A stretch of DNA of 64,000 nt, from assembly GCF_018350175.1 (NCBI RefSeq), contig NC_058368.1, positions 50,035,815-50,099,814 on the forward strand, in the 5' to 3' direction. Under the pieces are notes generated by a model that saw only the letters and a program-made list of their open reading frames with translations, searched no databases and had not been told where the DNA came from. This DNA comes from Felis catus. Lineage: Eukaryota. Within the stretch, counting starts at the first letter, position 1; the number at the start of each line of letters is the position of its first letter. This document shows positions 1 through 12,045 of this stretch, piece by piece. The position numbers and the translations under genes are program-made.

Positions 1-226
1 TCACACTTTCCTTGTTTAGTATACAGATTTTTGAAGTCTAAAAAATTCCTTGTTTGTTTTAGCTTGCTCATGACGGTGTAGGCTTTCTGTGAGAAATTTG
101 CATCTAACAAACCCTAGGGAAGTGTGTTGCAGTAAAAGATATCATAGTGCAGGGTATACGTGCTCACCTTCCCACTCTCAAACGTCCCCTCTAAACGCGT
201 TTTTTTCATCTTTAGCAGAGAGACCA

Positions 227-450
227 TTTTTTTTTACATTTTTTTTAGTGTTTATTTTTGAGAGAGTGAATGAGAGAGAACGTGCGCGAGTGGAGGAGGG
301 GCAGAGAGAGAGGGAGACACAGAATTGGAAGCCAGCTCCAGGCTCTGAGCTGTCCACACAGAGCCCAACTTGGGGCTCGACTCATAGACCGTGAGATCAT
401 GACCTGAGCCGAAGTCGGACGTTTAACCCACTGAGCCACCCAGGCGCCCC
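227..450 (-). mobile_element. Can-SINE (SINEC_Fc-like)
   Basis: Poly-T tail, GA-rich tract, then reverse complement of the tRNA-like head ending gagccacccaggcgcccc. Confidence 0.95.
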
Positions 451-817
451 AAACCTATTGGTCTTCTTTTCTCCAAAATCATTTCCAATACCACCCATCA
501 CTGTTTTGCTTCCTACTACCAACACATTCAAAGAAGGCCTGTCTCTTCAAGTACAAGAGCAGAGCTTACCTTGCCATCAGTAAATAAGGGTCAAACATAA
601 GTAATACATGGTAGGACCCAAAACAATCCCAATAAGCTATATAAGTATAGTCATTTTTGAAATCCATTAAAAAAAACAGGGTATAAAAAAAACCCAACTA
701 AATGAACAAAACTCTAGAAAATAACAAGCTCATAAAAAAGAAACAACCCATAGCTGCTGTCATCTCTGAAATAGGGAACGATCTGCCACTGATAAAAGTA
801 ATGAGGACCAGTCTACC

Positions 818-1035
818 TTTTTTTTTTTTTTTTTAATGTTTATTTGCTTTTGAGAGACAGAGACAGACTGCAAGTGGGGGAGGAGCAGAGAGAGAGGGAG
901 ACACAGAATCCGAGGCAGACTCCAGGCTCTGAGCTGTCAGCACAGAGCCCGATGCAGGGCTTGAACCCACAGGCTGTGAGATGATGACTGAAGCCGAAGT
1001 TGGACACTCAACCGGCTGAGCCACCCAGGCGCCCC
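818..1035 (-). mobile_element. Can-SINE
   Basis: Full-length antisense copy ending ccacccaggcgcccc. Confidence 0.95.
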
Positions 1036-2891
1036 AAGAGACAATTTTTCTAAAGGCTTTGCCATATCATTATAATATAGTTAATGAAATTAACATTCAA
1101 GTCATTTTTTTTTTCCCCCTCCTGCCACTGGGAGCAAGGCAGTATGCTCATTGAAGATATGTGAACGCTTTACATATTCATGTACACTTTGGGCATGCTC
1201 TGGGCATTCAGAGTGACAGCAGTGTGCCTACTGTTAGGTTTACTTTATTTCTCCAGTTAGTGTCCAAATTTGTTTGTCTCCTTAGCTTTGCCTTTACAAC
1301 TAACTAAAGCACATAGTTTAAAACACTGTTCTTGCCAAAAGAAGCAGAATGGGTGACTCCTTTGTTGCCACAATCGCCTCTGAATTCCGAGAACCCCTAA
1401 TTTAAAGATAAAATATCGATTCCAAAGTGTATCTTATAACATATTTTGGCAAGTGAAGAAGATTATGGTGTAAGTCTTTCTTTTGCCATGCTAATGTTCT
1501 TGCTCCTGCTCCATTTTCTCTACCGTACTTTTCTCGACATATATTGAGACATATGTGGGTTATTCATATATATAAACATATATGTATTATATGGCATACT
1601 TTGCTGCCTTTATTCTCAGCTGCAGCTTTGACTAACCCAAGGTTGAGGAACTCCAATAACCTTGTAAAATTTTGAGTGACGGCCAGTGTCCATGTTAGTA
1701 TGTTCTTTGTCATTTCCATTCTTTTGTGATAGCTAATACATTATTTCCCACAACCAGAGTTAAAGTTTTATTTATTTTATTTTGAGAGGGGAAGGTGAAA
1801 GGGTGGGGCAAGGGCCAGTGATTGTTATTCTACCAACTAAAATTTTATGGCTATTTTAAATTGTGCTTAAATGGTTAAGAGTGTATGTATTTTTGGGGGG
1901 CTAGCTTAACATTTAAATTTAAAGCAAATGTAGGAATGTGCACTCTTTAATCCAACATAATGATATTGGATTATTATCTGGTTGGAAATGCTGTTTGGAA
2001 TATTAATAATGTAGCAGAGCTGGTTTATGATTAAACACTGGTTTAAAACCAAATAACATAGTAGTTTAAAGGCAAAGGCAGAGAGGAAGTTTAATTCCGG
2101 CAAGGTCATGGAGTAGGTGATGAAGTAGAAAGTGCTGTCCAGACCCTCTAATTTTAAACTTTTTCTGGAGCACCTTCTAATTTTCTACACCTAATAGTTG
2201 CCTCTGTCTCTCTGTTTTGGGACATTAAAAAGTCTTTGTAGTGAACAGACAAAATACCAATGAGATTGAAAACTGGATGTATCACTCATTGCATTGGTTG
2301 GTGGCCAGTTTCCATTCTCTGGGTTAATGTTGCTCTTTAGGTTGAAGTTTATATACGGTAGTAATTTTCATGGCTGGAGAACAGACTAACTTAATTTACC
2401 ACCTCCTTGCTTACCTGTGCTTCCTGTTATCTCGGAGTTTGATTCTTTCAGTATCACCATCATCCTGTAGAAGGACCTAAGGATGCCAAGTTGAGCTCAT
2501 TGCCAGACCTGGCACCAGAATATAACTCCTTCCTCAGTTACGTCCAATTAGTCTGTTTCTCCATGCACCTCCAAATCTTTCTAAGTGGTTTCCCTCTTTC
2601 TCTGTAAACTGCATCCTTTCTGCTAATGGTTCCCAACCTGTGATCTGGTTTGAAAGGGTTTGCCTGGGATATACGTGTCCTCAGTGCACACCAGCGTTAT
2701 CTATGGACTAAATGAAGGTTTCATGGATTTGTACTATTGCTTTGCAAATGTATGTGGAATGATGTAAACATTCACTTGAAAATGTCCCTAAATTCATAGA
2801 AGAATTTTTGGTAATTTCGTATAATTTCAAGGAACAGTGTTAAACCTGGACATACTATGATGGTAAAAATTTATTTAAAAATTTAAATGTT

Positions 2892-3110
2892 GGAGGCACC
2901 TGGGTGGCTCAGTCAGTTGGGTGTCCGACTTCGGCTCAGATCATGATTTCACAGTTTGTGAGTTTGAGTCCCGCTTCCGGCTCTGCTGACAGCTCAGAGC
3001 CTGGAGTCTGTTTCAGATTCTGTGTGTGTCTGTCTCTCTGCCCCTCCCCCACTCATGCTATTTCTCTCTCTCTCTCAAAAATAAATAAACATTTAAAATT
3101 TTTAAAAAAA
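2892..3110 (+). mobile_element. Can-SINE
   Basis: Head ggaggcacctgggtggctcagtc, CT tract, A tail; TSD aaaaatttaa(a/t)tgtt. Confidence 0.95.
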
Positions 3111-3240
3111 TTTAATTGTTAAGAAGCAATTCTTATACTAGCTGTTGTAGCCAAAATTATTTTTTCAAAATAAAAACCTGATTTTGTTAGTTCCTTCTTT
3201 TCTGGGGAGTCATGAATAGATTTCACTTGTTTTTTTCTGA

Positions 3241-3435
3241 TTTTTTATTTTTAAAAAGTGTTTATTTATATTTGAGAGAGCGAGCCAGAGACAGAGATAG
3301 AGAATGTACCAGCAGGGGGAGGGGCAGAGAGAGAGGAAAGAGAGAATCCCAAGCAGGCTCCCTGTTGACTTGAGATCATGACCTGAGCTGAAATCAAGAG
3401 TCAGATGCTTAACTGGCTGGCCACCCAGGCGCTCC
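3241..3435 (-). mobile_element. Can-SINE, internally deleted
   Basis: Head and tail present; middle segment missing relative to neighbouring copies. Confidence 0.9.
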
Positions 3436-3605
3436 AAGATTTTAAAGTCTATCACCTTCACATCTTCGCAGTGTGAAGCATACCATAACATTTACAGCTG
3501 TTTACAATCTCATCTCTGCCTATATATCTATTTTTTTAAGTCTTTTCTCTGTAACTGTTTGCCTATGTGCCAGGTGGCATAGAGATTAAGAGCACTGTTT
3601 TGAAA

Positions 3606-3821
3606 ATTTTTTTTAGCATTTATTTAGTTTTGAGAGAGAGAGAGAGCGAGCGCATACGTTGGGGAAGGGCAGAGAGAGAGAGGGAGATACAGAATCTGAA
3701 GCAGGCTCCAGGCTTTGAGCTGTCAGTACTGAGCCTGAGGCAGGGCTTGAACTCTTGAACTGCGAGATCGTGACCTGAGCCAAAGTCGGACGCTCAACCG
3801 ACTGAGCCACCCAGGTGCCCC
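3606..3821 (-). mobile_element. Can-SINE
   Basis: Full length; 16-bp TSD taagagcactgttttg at 3587-3602 and 3823-3838. Confidence 0.95.
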
Positions 3822-3837
3822 ATAAGAGCACTGTTTT

Positions 3838-4125
3838 GTACACTACATACCCAGTACTTATTTGTCTTATAATTGGAAATTCATACTTTTTGACCACTTT
3901 ATCCAATTCCTGATGACTGTGGTTAACACTGCCGTATGGTATATTTGAAAATTGCTAGGAGAATATAGATCCTAAAATTTCTCATCACAAGGAAAAAACT
4001 ATTTTTGTAACTATATTGTAACTTCCTGTGGCAAGCATTTTACAATATATGTATGTGAAGTCATTATGTGTTACACTTTTTAACTTATACTGAACTCTGT
4101 GTCAATTATATCTCAATGAAATTGG

Positions 4126-4160
<35 letters not shown>
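3838..4160 (+). mobile_element. L1 3' end with inverted 5' segment
   Basis: 3910-4160 resembles an L1MA/carnivore 3'UTR with an A tail; 3838-3908 is the reverse complement of the adjacent upstream UTR segment. Confidence 0.8.
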
Positions 4161-4161
<1 letters not shown>

Positions 4162-4645
4162 GCCCTCACTGGTTTGGGAACAAATCATGGTTCATGTCCT
4201 GGTTCTGCTGCTTAATTAAACCCACTAGGTCTCTGTTTTCTTCCTTGACCTCCCATGGTGGCTGTGTTGGTTAAGTGACATACTTACCAAAAAGCAATTA
4301 TTGTTCCTAATCTTTGCTTGAGTTTGCCCACACACAGGAAGCTGTTTTCTCACCTCTAGGTTATCATGTGTGGAATATGCCTTATTCCTTGTTTAAAAAG
4401 GAAGGAGAAGGTAAAAGGAGCCAGTTAGTCTCGTCTTTGTGTGCCTGATACCCATTACTCCTCTTCAGTCCTCTATGCTTGGGCTAAAACTAGCTTTTAT
4501 GTGGGGCCTTTTCTCAACTACCACACTTGTACTGTACCCATTCCTTCCTCCCCTCTATCCTCATGTAGATCTCTTTTTGCACTCATGCTATAATTCTATC
4601 CATTTTTTCCATATTAGATTATAAGCTGAGGGAAGGAACAATATA

Positions 4646-4807
4646 TTTTTTTTTATGTTTATTTTTGAGAGAGATATAGAGTGCGAGTTGGGGGAGGGGC
4701 AGAAAGAGGGAGACACAGAGTACGACACAGGGCTTGAACGCACGAACTGCGAGATCATGACCCAAGCCGAAGTCAGTTGCTTACTGACGGAGCCACCCAG
4801 GTGCCCC
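4646..4807 (-). mobile_element. Can-SINE with ~39-bp internal deletion
   Basis: gagacacaga is joined directly to the segment after the second cacaga. Confidence 0.9.
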
Positions 4808-5539
4808 CAGGATAATATCTTTATTTCAGGGATTTGGCATGGTTCCTGGTAAGTGCTTGTTGAATGGAAGTATAATCTGAAGGCTACAGCTTTAACAAAA
4901 CTTAAAAATAGGGTTTTAAGGACCAGAACTTATTTCTTCTCCCAGCAGAAACTTGCTTCAGGGTCTAAAGCTGAGTTCATTGCTTGCGCAGTTAGTTGCT
5001 TGGTCAGGACCAGCTAGCTACAAGATATGCCTTCATCTGAGTAGCCGTGTGTACTTGCCTGTTTACCTCACATTTTCTCTTCTGTTCCAGCCCTGCTCCT
5101 GAGTCATGGCACTCTCTTCCTGCCTTCTGATTAATGCTGTCCCTCATGGGGACTTGCATTCAGTCAATGTGTTATCCAGAGATTGCCTATTACGTGCTTA
5201 CTCTGTACTGGACACTTGCTGGGCTTATTGATTCAAATGCCACCTTCTGAGCCTCTTTCCTGGACCTCCAGACGGAGGCATGCCCCACAAGGAGCAGACA
5301 TGCAAACACACCCAGCAGCACTGTCAGATAAGTGCTGTAGTAGTAGAAATTTGCACAGTTTGTAGTGATGGCACTGAGGGGGCAGCCTGAGTCAGCCTGG
5401 GGAGTCAGGTCAGCTCACAGAGAGGCAGCATTTGCATCAAGCTGCAGTGGGGCTAACACATTTGCCCACTTTGTGACTTTATAACTTGGCGTAAGAGCTT
5501 CAAGTTCTCTACAGCACAACTTTTAGACGTTGCTGAGAG

Positions 5540-5780
5540 TAGTTTATTTTTACTCAGGTAATCTTTACATGCAGAGAAATGCACCGATTTTTAATGTACG
5601 GTTGTGGGAATTTTGTCAAATGTTTTTATACCCGTGTACCCAGAAATTTAATCAACTTATAGAACATTTTTGTCACTCAACAAAGTTCCCTTCCGGAAGG
5701 GCACTTGAGTCTCTCCCTCTTACAGGCAACCACCTTTTTGATTTCTAACATCTTAGATTTCTTCGTGTAGTTTTGAACAG
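5540..5780 (-). mobile_element. Old L1 3' end fragment
   Basis: aaatgcaccgatttttaatgtacggttgtgggaattttg...atagaacattt...aaagttccc resembles antisense L1MB/ME 3' ends. Confidence 0.65.
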
Positions 5781-7839
5781 CCAAGCAATATCATGATTGT
5801 CAAGTTGTTCCTTTTTTCTTCATGTAGCATTTTACTATTACTTGAACACACTATCTTTATTTGAAAATAAAAAAAATTCTGTGACAGGAAGGATGGCAAG
5901 AGATGAGTGTGTACTCACAAAATCCTCTTGAGAAGGAACTGATTCATACAAATAGAAACCAGGGCAGGGATGCCATTAAAATAGCCTGACCCTAGGAGGT
6001 ATAAGCACACACATGTCTTGGCGTTTCCTGGGCAACTAGGAGGATTCCAGTATAGTGTTATTCTGGATCTTTTCAACGTACCTGTGTACTGAAAGCTAGA
6101 AATATGCCTTGTCTTAACATGAGGGGAAGTGCAAGAACTTGTACCTTTAATAAAATGGAGTGTCCTCAAACTAGTTAGAGAAGTGCACTCACTGGGTCAA
6201 GGGAAATGAATGATTTCTTGGCTCTTGACACCTCACCAAGTTACCCTGTGAAAGCTTTGTGCTAGTTTGCAACCATGAGTGGAGGTTTATACATTCTGGT
6301 ATATATAAATGACTATATTAATGCTCTCCAAATTCTGGCCAGAATTGGAAATTGTCATTTGTGTTTTTTCTCTAAATGGATGAAACATGCATGATGTTCT
6401 CCCTCTTCTCAGATCCCTGGTGATGCTAAACATTTATGTAACAGATAATACATTGGGTTTCCTCCAATGAGAAAGGATGGCCCTGGAACACGGAGGGTTC
6501 TGGCTCCTCTGCATGCAGTCACAAAAGGCTCAGAGGGCCCCTGGCCTGCTAAAGCACATCTCCAAGGTCATGGGCATGGTGGGGGTCCTTAAGGAAGTGC
6601 CTCCTGAGTTGTCTTGGGTTTTTTTTTGGGCTGTTTGGAGATAGACGCTTTGAATTCTCAACAAAATTATGAAGAATGGAATGTTTGTCCATTTTGAGGA
6701 GTGGAGCACCTCGATATTCCTTCAGCCCTTGATAAAACACAGGAATCCTCTCTTAGGCTGAGAGGAATAACGCCCCAAGTGTGTGGCAGGGAGCGTGTTG
6801 CTTCATCTGGTTCATTTGGGTCTCGTTCTGTGTAGGGCTCTAGCAGGCTCCCTCTCTGGATGCCAAGAGTGCTTTGGCTAGTAAGGGACTCCTGTGGAGA
6901 CAACTGGCTCCTTTTACCTCCTCCTTCACTTTTAAACTGCTGGCGAACATAACGGCATTTGAGTTAAAAGTACTAGTTTTGAGAATGTTAGTTAAGAAAA
7001 ACAAAGCAACATTAATAACTTTTGTCCAACCTTTTTAGTTTGGAGAAAATGGATGTTGTGGGAAGACAATCTCATGTATTACCATCTGTAGACTGAGTTG
7101 TTTCTATTGTTCTGTAGCCTATAATTCCTGGCAGAAAGTTCTCAAATGCTTGTTGAAGGAATGACTGTTTTGTGTCCTGTCAAAAGATTGGCTTATTTAC
7201 TTAATGCTTGCAGATCTCCTTAAAACTGTTAACTGTCAAAGAGTATATTACAGCTTGAGGAGAGTGATAAAATATGTGCACTTCTACTTAGTCTTCAGTT
7301 TCGGAAGGTAATTATTGGGTGTGTGTGTGTGTTTTCTTAAAACATTTCTGATGTACTCAAAGCTCTTAATAAGGAAAAGAGTTGTCATCTGTGCACGACT
7401 TTGGGAACAGAGATTTAATACACTCAATCTGCCACTTTTCTCTAAGTAGACGGGCATTAGCAAATTCTACAGATGAATCATGACACAGTCCCATAAACAG
7501 TCTTTCCAAAGATTTTAATATCCTCCCTGATAGGGTCCTCGAAGACCGGTTCTCATTTCTGTGTAGAGGAGGATCAGTTTGGTGCTTGCGTGCATTAGAT
7601 GATGGTGCACAGACATTATGTCTGTCTTTAAGTACAGTGGGGATTGTCATAAGGACAGAGGTTAGAAAAATTCTATGTGGGTTCAAAGGGCAATACTAGT
7701 AATAACTGTTCGGGTACAGTGAGACCTTAGTATCAAGTATTTTGAAGATGTTTCTATAAACAAAGGGCTGTCCTATGCCAGAATAGGCTGACTTGAATAG
7801 GCTGTGAAGGTTTTACACGAGAAGGTGAGTAACTGACAA

Positions 7840-8080
7840 TTAAAGCAACTAGTACTTCCTTCTACATGTGCAAGACATGGGGCAAGTGTATTGTCCCTGC
7901 ATACCTTAATAATGAAGGACTGTTAGGACCAGGGGTGTTCTCTCCAATGAGGAAAAAAGAGGACTGAGAAGTCAAATAATTTTCTCAGGAAACACTGAAA
8001 CTACTAAGTGGTGGTTGGGGACTTGAACCCAGGCAATTTGACTCCACAGCCTGCCCTCTTAATCACTACACTCTTCTGTC
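7840..8080 (-). mobile_element. MIR
   Basis: Degenerate MIR core: atgaggaaa...gagaagtcaaataat...gggacttgaacccaggcaatttgactcc...ctcttaatcactac. Confidence 0.7.
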
Positions 8081-8454
8081 TCAGAGAAACACTGGTCAGA
8101 CAGTGCTCATTCTATCTGAAGCTGTAAGATAAACTATTTTCTGTTTATGGTAAGTCCTTCACACTAGAACGTAGCTTCTGTCTTGTGATGTTGGTGCCTG
8201 GAAAGCACATGGTGATCAAATATTTTATAAACTATAGAATTGCTGATAGACATTCCTGAACAATTGCACACTTTAGATTTATGTGTTCTGCTATATCTAA
8301 GTGACCAGATTAATGCTCAGTAAACCATTTAAAGTGTTGTAAAAGGGAAGCATTTTTATATGATGACATTGAATTTACTTTGAGCTACAACAGGAGATAA
8401 ATTATATCTATTAGGTTCTTCTATAAGACTGTTTACAAAAAGTATCAATTTCTT

Positions 8455-8533
8455 TGTTTTCTTAATATTTATTTATTTTGAGAGAGAAAGCAAGAAAGGG
8501 AACATGTGTGTGAATGCATACAAGCCGGGGAGG

Positions 8534-8581
<48 letters not shown>

Positions 8582-8716
8582 GAGAGGGAATCCTAAGCAG
8601 GCTCCTCACTGTCAGCACAGAGCCTGACATGGAGCTCAGTCTCATGATCCATGAGATCGTGACCTGAACTGAAATCGAGTCGGACACTTAACCAACTGAG
8701 CCACTCAGGCACCCCC
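8455..8716 (-). mobile_element. Can-SINE with expanded (GA)n
   Basis: 17-bp TSD aaaagtatcaatttctt at 8438-8454 and 8717-8733. Confidence 0.95.
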
Positions 8717-9099
8717 AAAAGTATCAATTTCTTATTGACCTACATTTCAGTAGTCCATGGCATACTAGAAATTTCTTGTAGTACTAGAAATTCAGTACTA
8801 GTAAGTACTGGAAAAAAGACCACGATGAAAGATTTTTTCTTCTTGACAAGGTTGAAATTTGATCTAGATGTCTGAGCTGGGAAGGAGAGATCTTGTTTTG
8901 TTATACCACAATTTCATAATATTCAAGGAAGGACACTCATTGCCTTCCTTATTATAAACTTTGATTCTGGAATTCTTTCTTACTAGAGTTTAAAGTCTTT
9001 CATTCTACCACAGGAAGGAGAAAATAAGCAAACATTTTGCCTTCTTGAGTGGTATGCAATCAATTTGGAACTTACTTTAGTGTCCGAAGAAAGTATTGT

Positions 9100-9780
9100 C
9101 AATCTATCAAAAGCATTAGACACAGACACATCTTCCTTCTTGAAACATTTCCTTCAACTCTTCTCTGGATTTTTCTCCCATTTTACTTGATGTTTCTGAT
9201 TTTCCTTTGCTTAATCCTCCTGATTACTTGATCAGTAAGTATTAGAGTATCCCTGGGTTCATCTTCCCATGCCTTCTCTGTCTATAATTCTTCCCTAGCA
9301 GATATTATCAAATCCATAGCTTTATATACCTTCTATATGCTGATGACTTCGTTTTTGTATTCCTGGCACTGACAGTGTCTCCCTTTTCCTCTCTCCCTGC
9401 CCTATGTGTGTGACACACATACATGTATACACACATACACTGAAGATTTCCAATTGTAGATCAAGTAGGCACATCCCACTTTGTTCCAAAAAAAACCTCT
9501 GAGTTTCTCCCCCTTCCTATCACCTGCCTACTCATCTCTCCCAGTGTTTCCCATCTTTGTACATGGCACCACTCTCAACCCATTTGCTTAGGTCCCCAGC
9601 TTTGAGTCATTATTGACTCTTGGTTGTTGTTGTTGTTTTTTCACACTCCACATCTCGTCTATAAAGAGATTCAATTGGCTGTATCTTCAAATATATCCAG
9701 AATCTGACCACTTCTTACCATAGCCACCATCCTCCCTGCTTCAAATATAATAGCCAGATTCCTCTTTAAAAGTGTAAGCT
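9100..9780 (+). mobile_element. L2 fragment (continues ~10600-11130 after the L1)
   Basis: L2-like motifs such as tatatgctgatgac and tatcttcaaatatatccagaatctgaccacttct; the later part ends in an L2-like tail (aaatgtttgttggataaataaatgg). Confidence 0.65.
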
Positions 9781-10597
9781 AGAAATAAGACATACAAATG
9801 GCCAACAGACTCATGAAAAGATGCTTAGCATCACTATTCATCAGGGAGATGCAAATCAAAACTGCACTGAGATATCACCTTATACCAGTCAAAATGGCTA
9901 GACCCCAAAAGACAAGAAATAATAAGTGTGGTTGAGGATATGGAGAAAAAGGAACCCTCATGCACTGTTTCTGGGAATGCAAATTGGTGCAGCCACTGTG
10001 GAAAACAAAATGGAGCTTCCTCAAAAAATTAAAAATAGAATTATCATATGATCCAGTAATACCACTACTAGGTATTTAGCCAAGGAAAACAAAAACTCTG
10101 ATTTGAAAAGATGTATGCAGCCCTATGTTTATTGTAGCCTTATTTACAATAGCCAAACTGTGGAAGCAACCCACATGTCCACCAGTAGATGAATTAATAA
10201 AGAAGATATGGCATACATACAATGGAATATTATACAGCCATAAAAAGAATGAAATCTTGTCATTTGTAACAACATGGATGGACCTAGAAGGTATAATGTT
10301 AAGTGAAACAAATCAGAGAAAGACATATACTATATGATTTCACTCATACAGAATTTAAGAAATAAAATGACCAAACTTAAAGACAAACAAAACAAAACCC
10401 GACTGTTAAATACAGAGAACAGACTGGGTATGCCACGGGGGAGGTGGATGGGGGAAATGGGTGAAATAGGTGAAGGGAACCAAAAGTACACTTACTGTGA
10501 TGAACACTGAGTAATGCAAAGAATTGTTGAATCATTATATTGTACCCCTGAAGCTAATATAACACTGCACGTTAATTATACTTCAATAAAAAAAAGT
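9781..10597 (+). mobile_element. 5'-truncated L1 (ORF2 C-terminus, 3'UTR, polyA)
   Basis: ORF 10125-10337 (MFIVALFTIAKLWKQP...WMDLEGIMLSE) matches the L1 ORF2 C-terminus; caaatggccaacag...atgcaaatcaaaac upstream; AATAAA and A tail. Confidence 0.95.
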
Positions 10598-11917
10598 AAA
10601 CCAGAGATCGCATTTCCAACTCTTCCATCTCCTCCCCCCACAATGGCTATCTATTATATTTTGAATAAAATCTGCATTTTTGTTTAAAAAACTTTTTTTT
10701 TAATAAAATAGTCCCACTTGCCCATGTCATCTGCTGTCGCTGTGTGTCTTCCCATGCTCTAGTCATACTGACCTCCTGCTATTCCTCAGATGTGCAGAGG
10801 TTTTTTATTTTAGGGCCTTGGTGTTGCTGTTCCTCCTGCGTGAGTACATTTCTTTCACTTATTCAGGTCTCAGCTCAAATGATACCTCCTCCTCCCTTTC
10901 CTCCCCTTCCTCTCTGTAGAATAACAATCTCTTGTCAGTCCACACTCAAATTTTGTAGCACTTATCGTTTGCTTTCATAGGCTATATTTTTTTTGGATTG
11001 GCTGTAACCGTCACTAGAATCTGTAAGTGCCTTATGTGCAAAGGTGTACCTTGTTTTCAAGCCTTAAATAGTGCCAGGTATTTGCTAGATGCCAGTAAAT
11101 GTTTGTTGGATAAATAAATGGACGAATCAACAAATGTCTTACCTGACACGTTGTTAATCCTGTGACTTGACTGACTCTGGCTGTGCTTCACTGAATGAAA
11201 CAAGCTGTTTTGTTCTGTTAAGTTTTTTGTTTGTTTGCTTTTCTTAAACTTCGGTTCCATATTGAGTAAGTTCAAAGCAAGTTTTTAAAAAAGCAGGTTT
11301 GAAGCATGGGAAATTGACCTTGTTCAACCAATGGTAAAGATGCCTAAATGCAAATAAGTATCATAAGATAAAACAGAACATTTGAAAGTGAGCTGCCTTA
11401 GCTGAATATCCTGGACTGGGGACAGTACTTTACCAGGCAACTTTGGGGCATTTGTCATGAAAAAAATCTCACAACTCACCGAATAGTATCCTCCAGCTTG
11501 AGTAGGAACCCAGAGACTAATTTGAGACAATGAAGCATAACACAACTTTACCCTTTTAGAAATAAATGAAAATAATTCAAAGAATTTGAGAATAGGAATG
11601 TTTTTTCTCTGCCCCACTCAAACACCAGAGGCCTACCTCATGCTTCCAAAATGCTGTAATTTTGTGTGTTTTTTTTTTGTTTTTGTTTTTTTCTGGGTTT
11701 TTTTTTAGGAATCATTCTGAAATGGCACATAAAACTGAGGAGTGGAAGTTTTCTAAAGAGCTTTTTTTCAGAAATGAGGGAAAAAGGAAGCTGAAACTAA
11801 TTGTCTGTTTTGATGCAAACTGACTTTTTCTTAACGTGTTTTTTAAAAAAAAACATTATTCCTCCTAGGTGTCATATGAATTATGAGATATTGTTCTTTT
11901 TATAAATATAATTTCCT

Positions 11918-12045
11918 GGGGGGGCACCTGGGTGGCTTAGTCAGTTAACTGTCCGACTTTTGATCTCAGGGTTGTGAGTTCAAGCCCTGCATTGGGCTCC
12001 GTTCTGGGTATGAAGCCTACGTTAAAAAAATAAAAATAAATTAAA
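11918..12045 (+). mobile_element. Short older-type Can-SINE
   Basis: tRNA-like head, no CT tract, A tail; TSD tttataaatataa. Confidence 0.85.

Noticed and set aside
1214..1237. CAGTGT within a weak hairpin (iron-responsive element-like)
   Set aside because: The five bases flanking the loop do not pair, so the IRE upper stem is absent
1257..1475. Possible exon from ttctccag to a gtaagt donor
   Set aside because: Stops in all frames, weak exonic donor context and no recognisable product
7366..7686. 106-aa minus-strand ORF in unique sequence
   Set aside because: Non-ATG start, no recognisable domain, opposite to the inferred host strand, length compatible with chance
10125..10337. Protein-like ORF
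   Set aside because: Frameshifted remnant of the L1 ORF2 C-terminus in a truncated element
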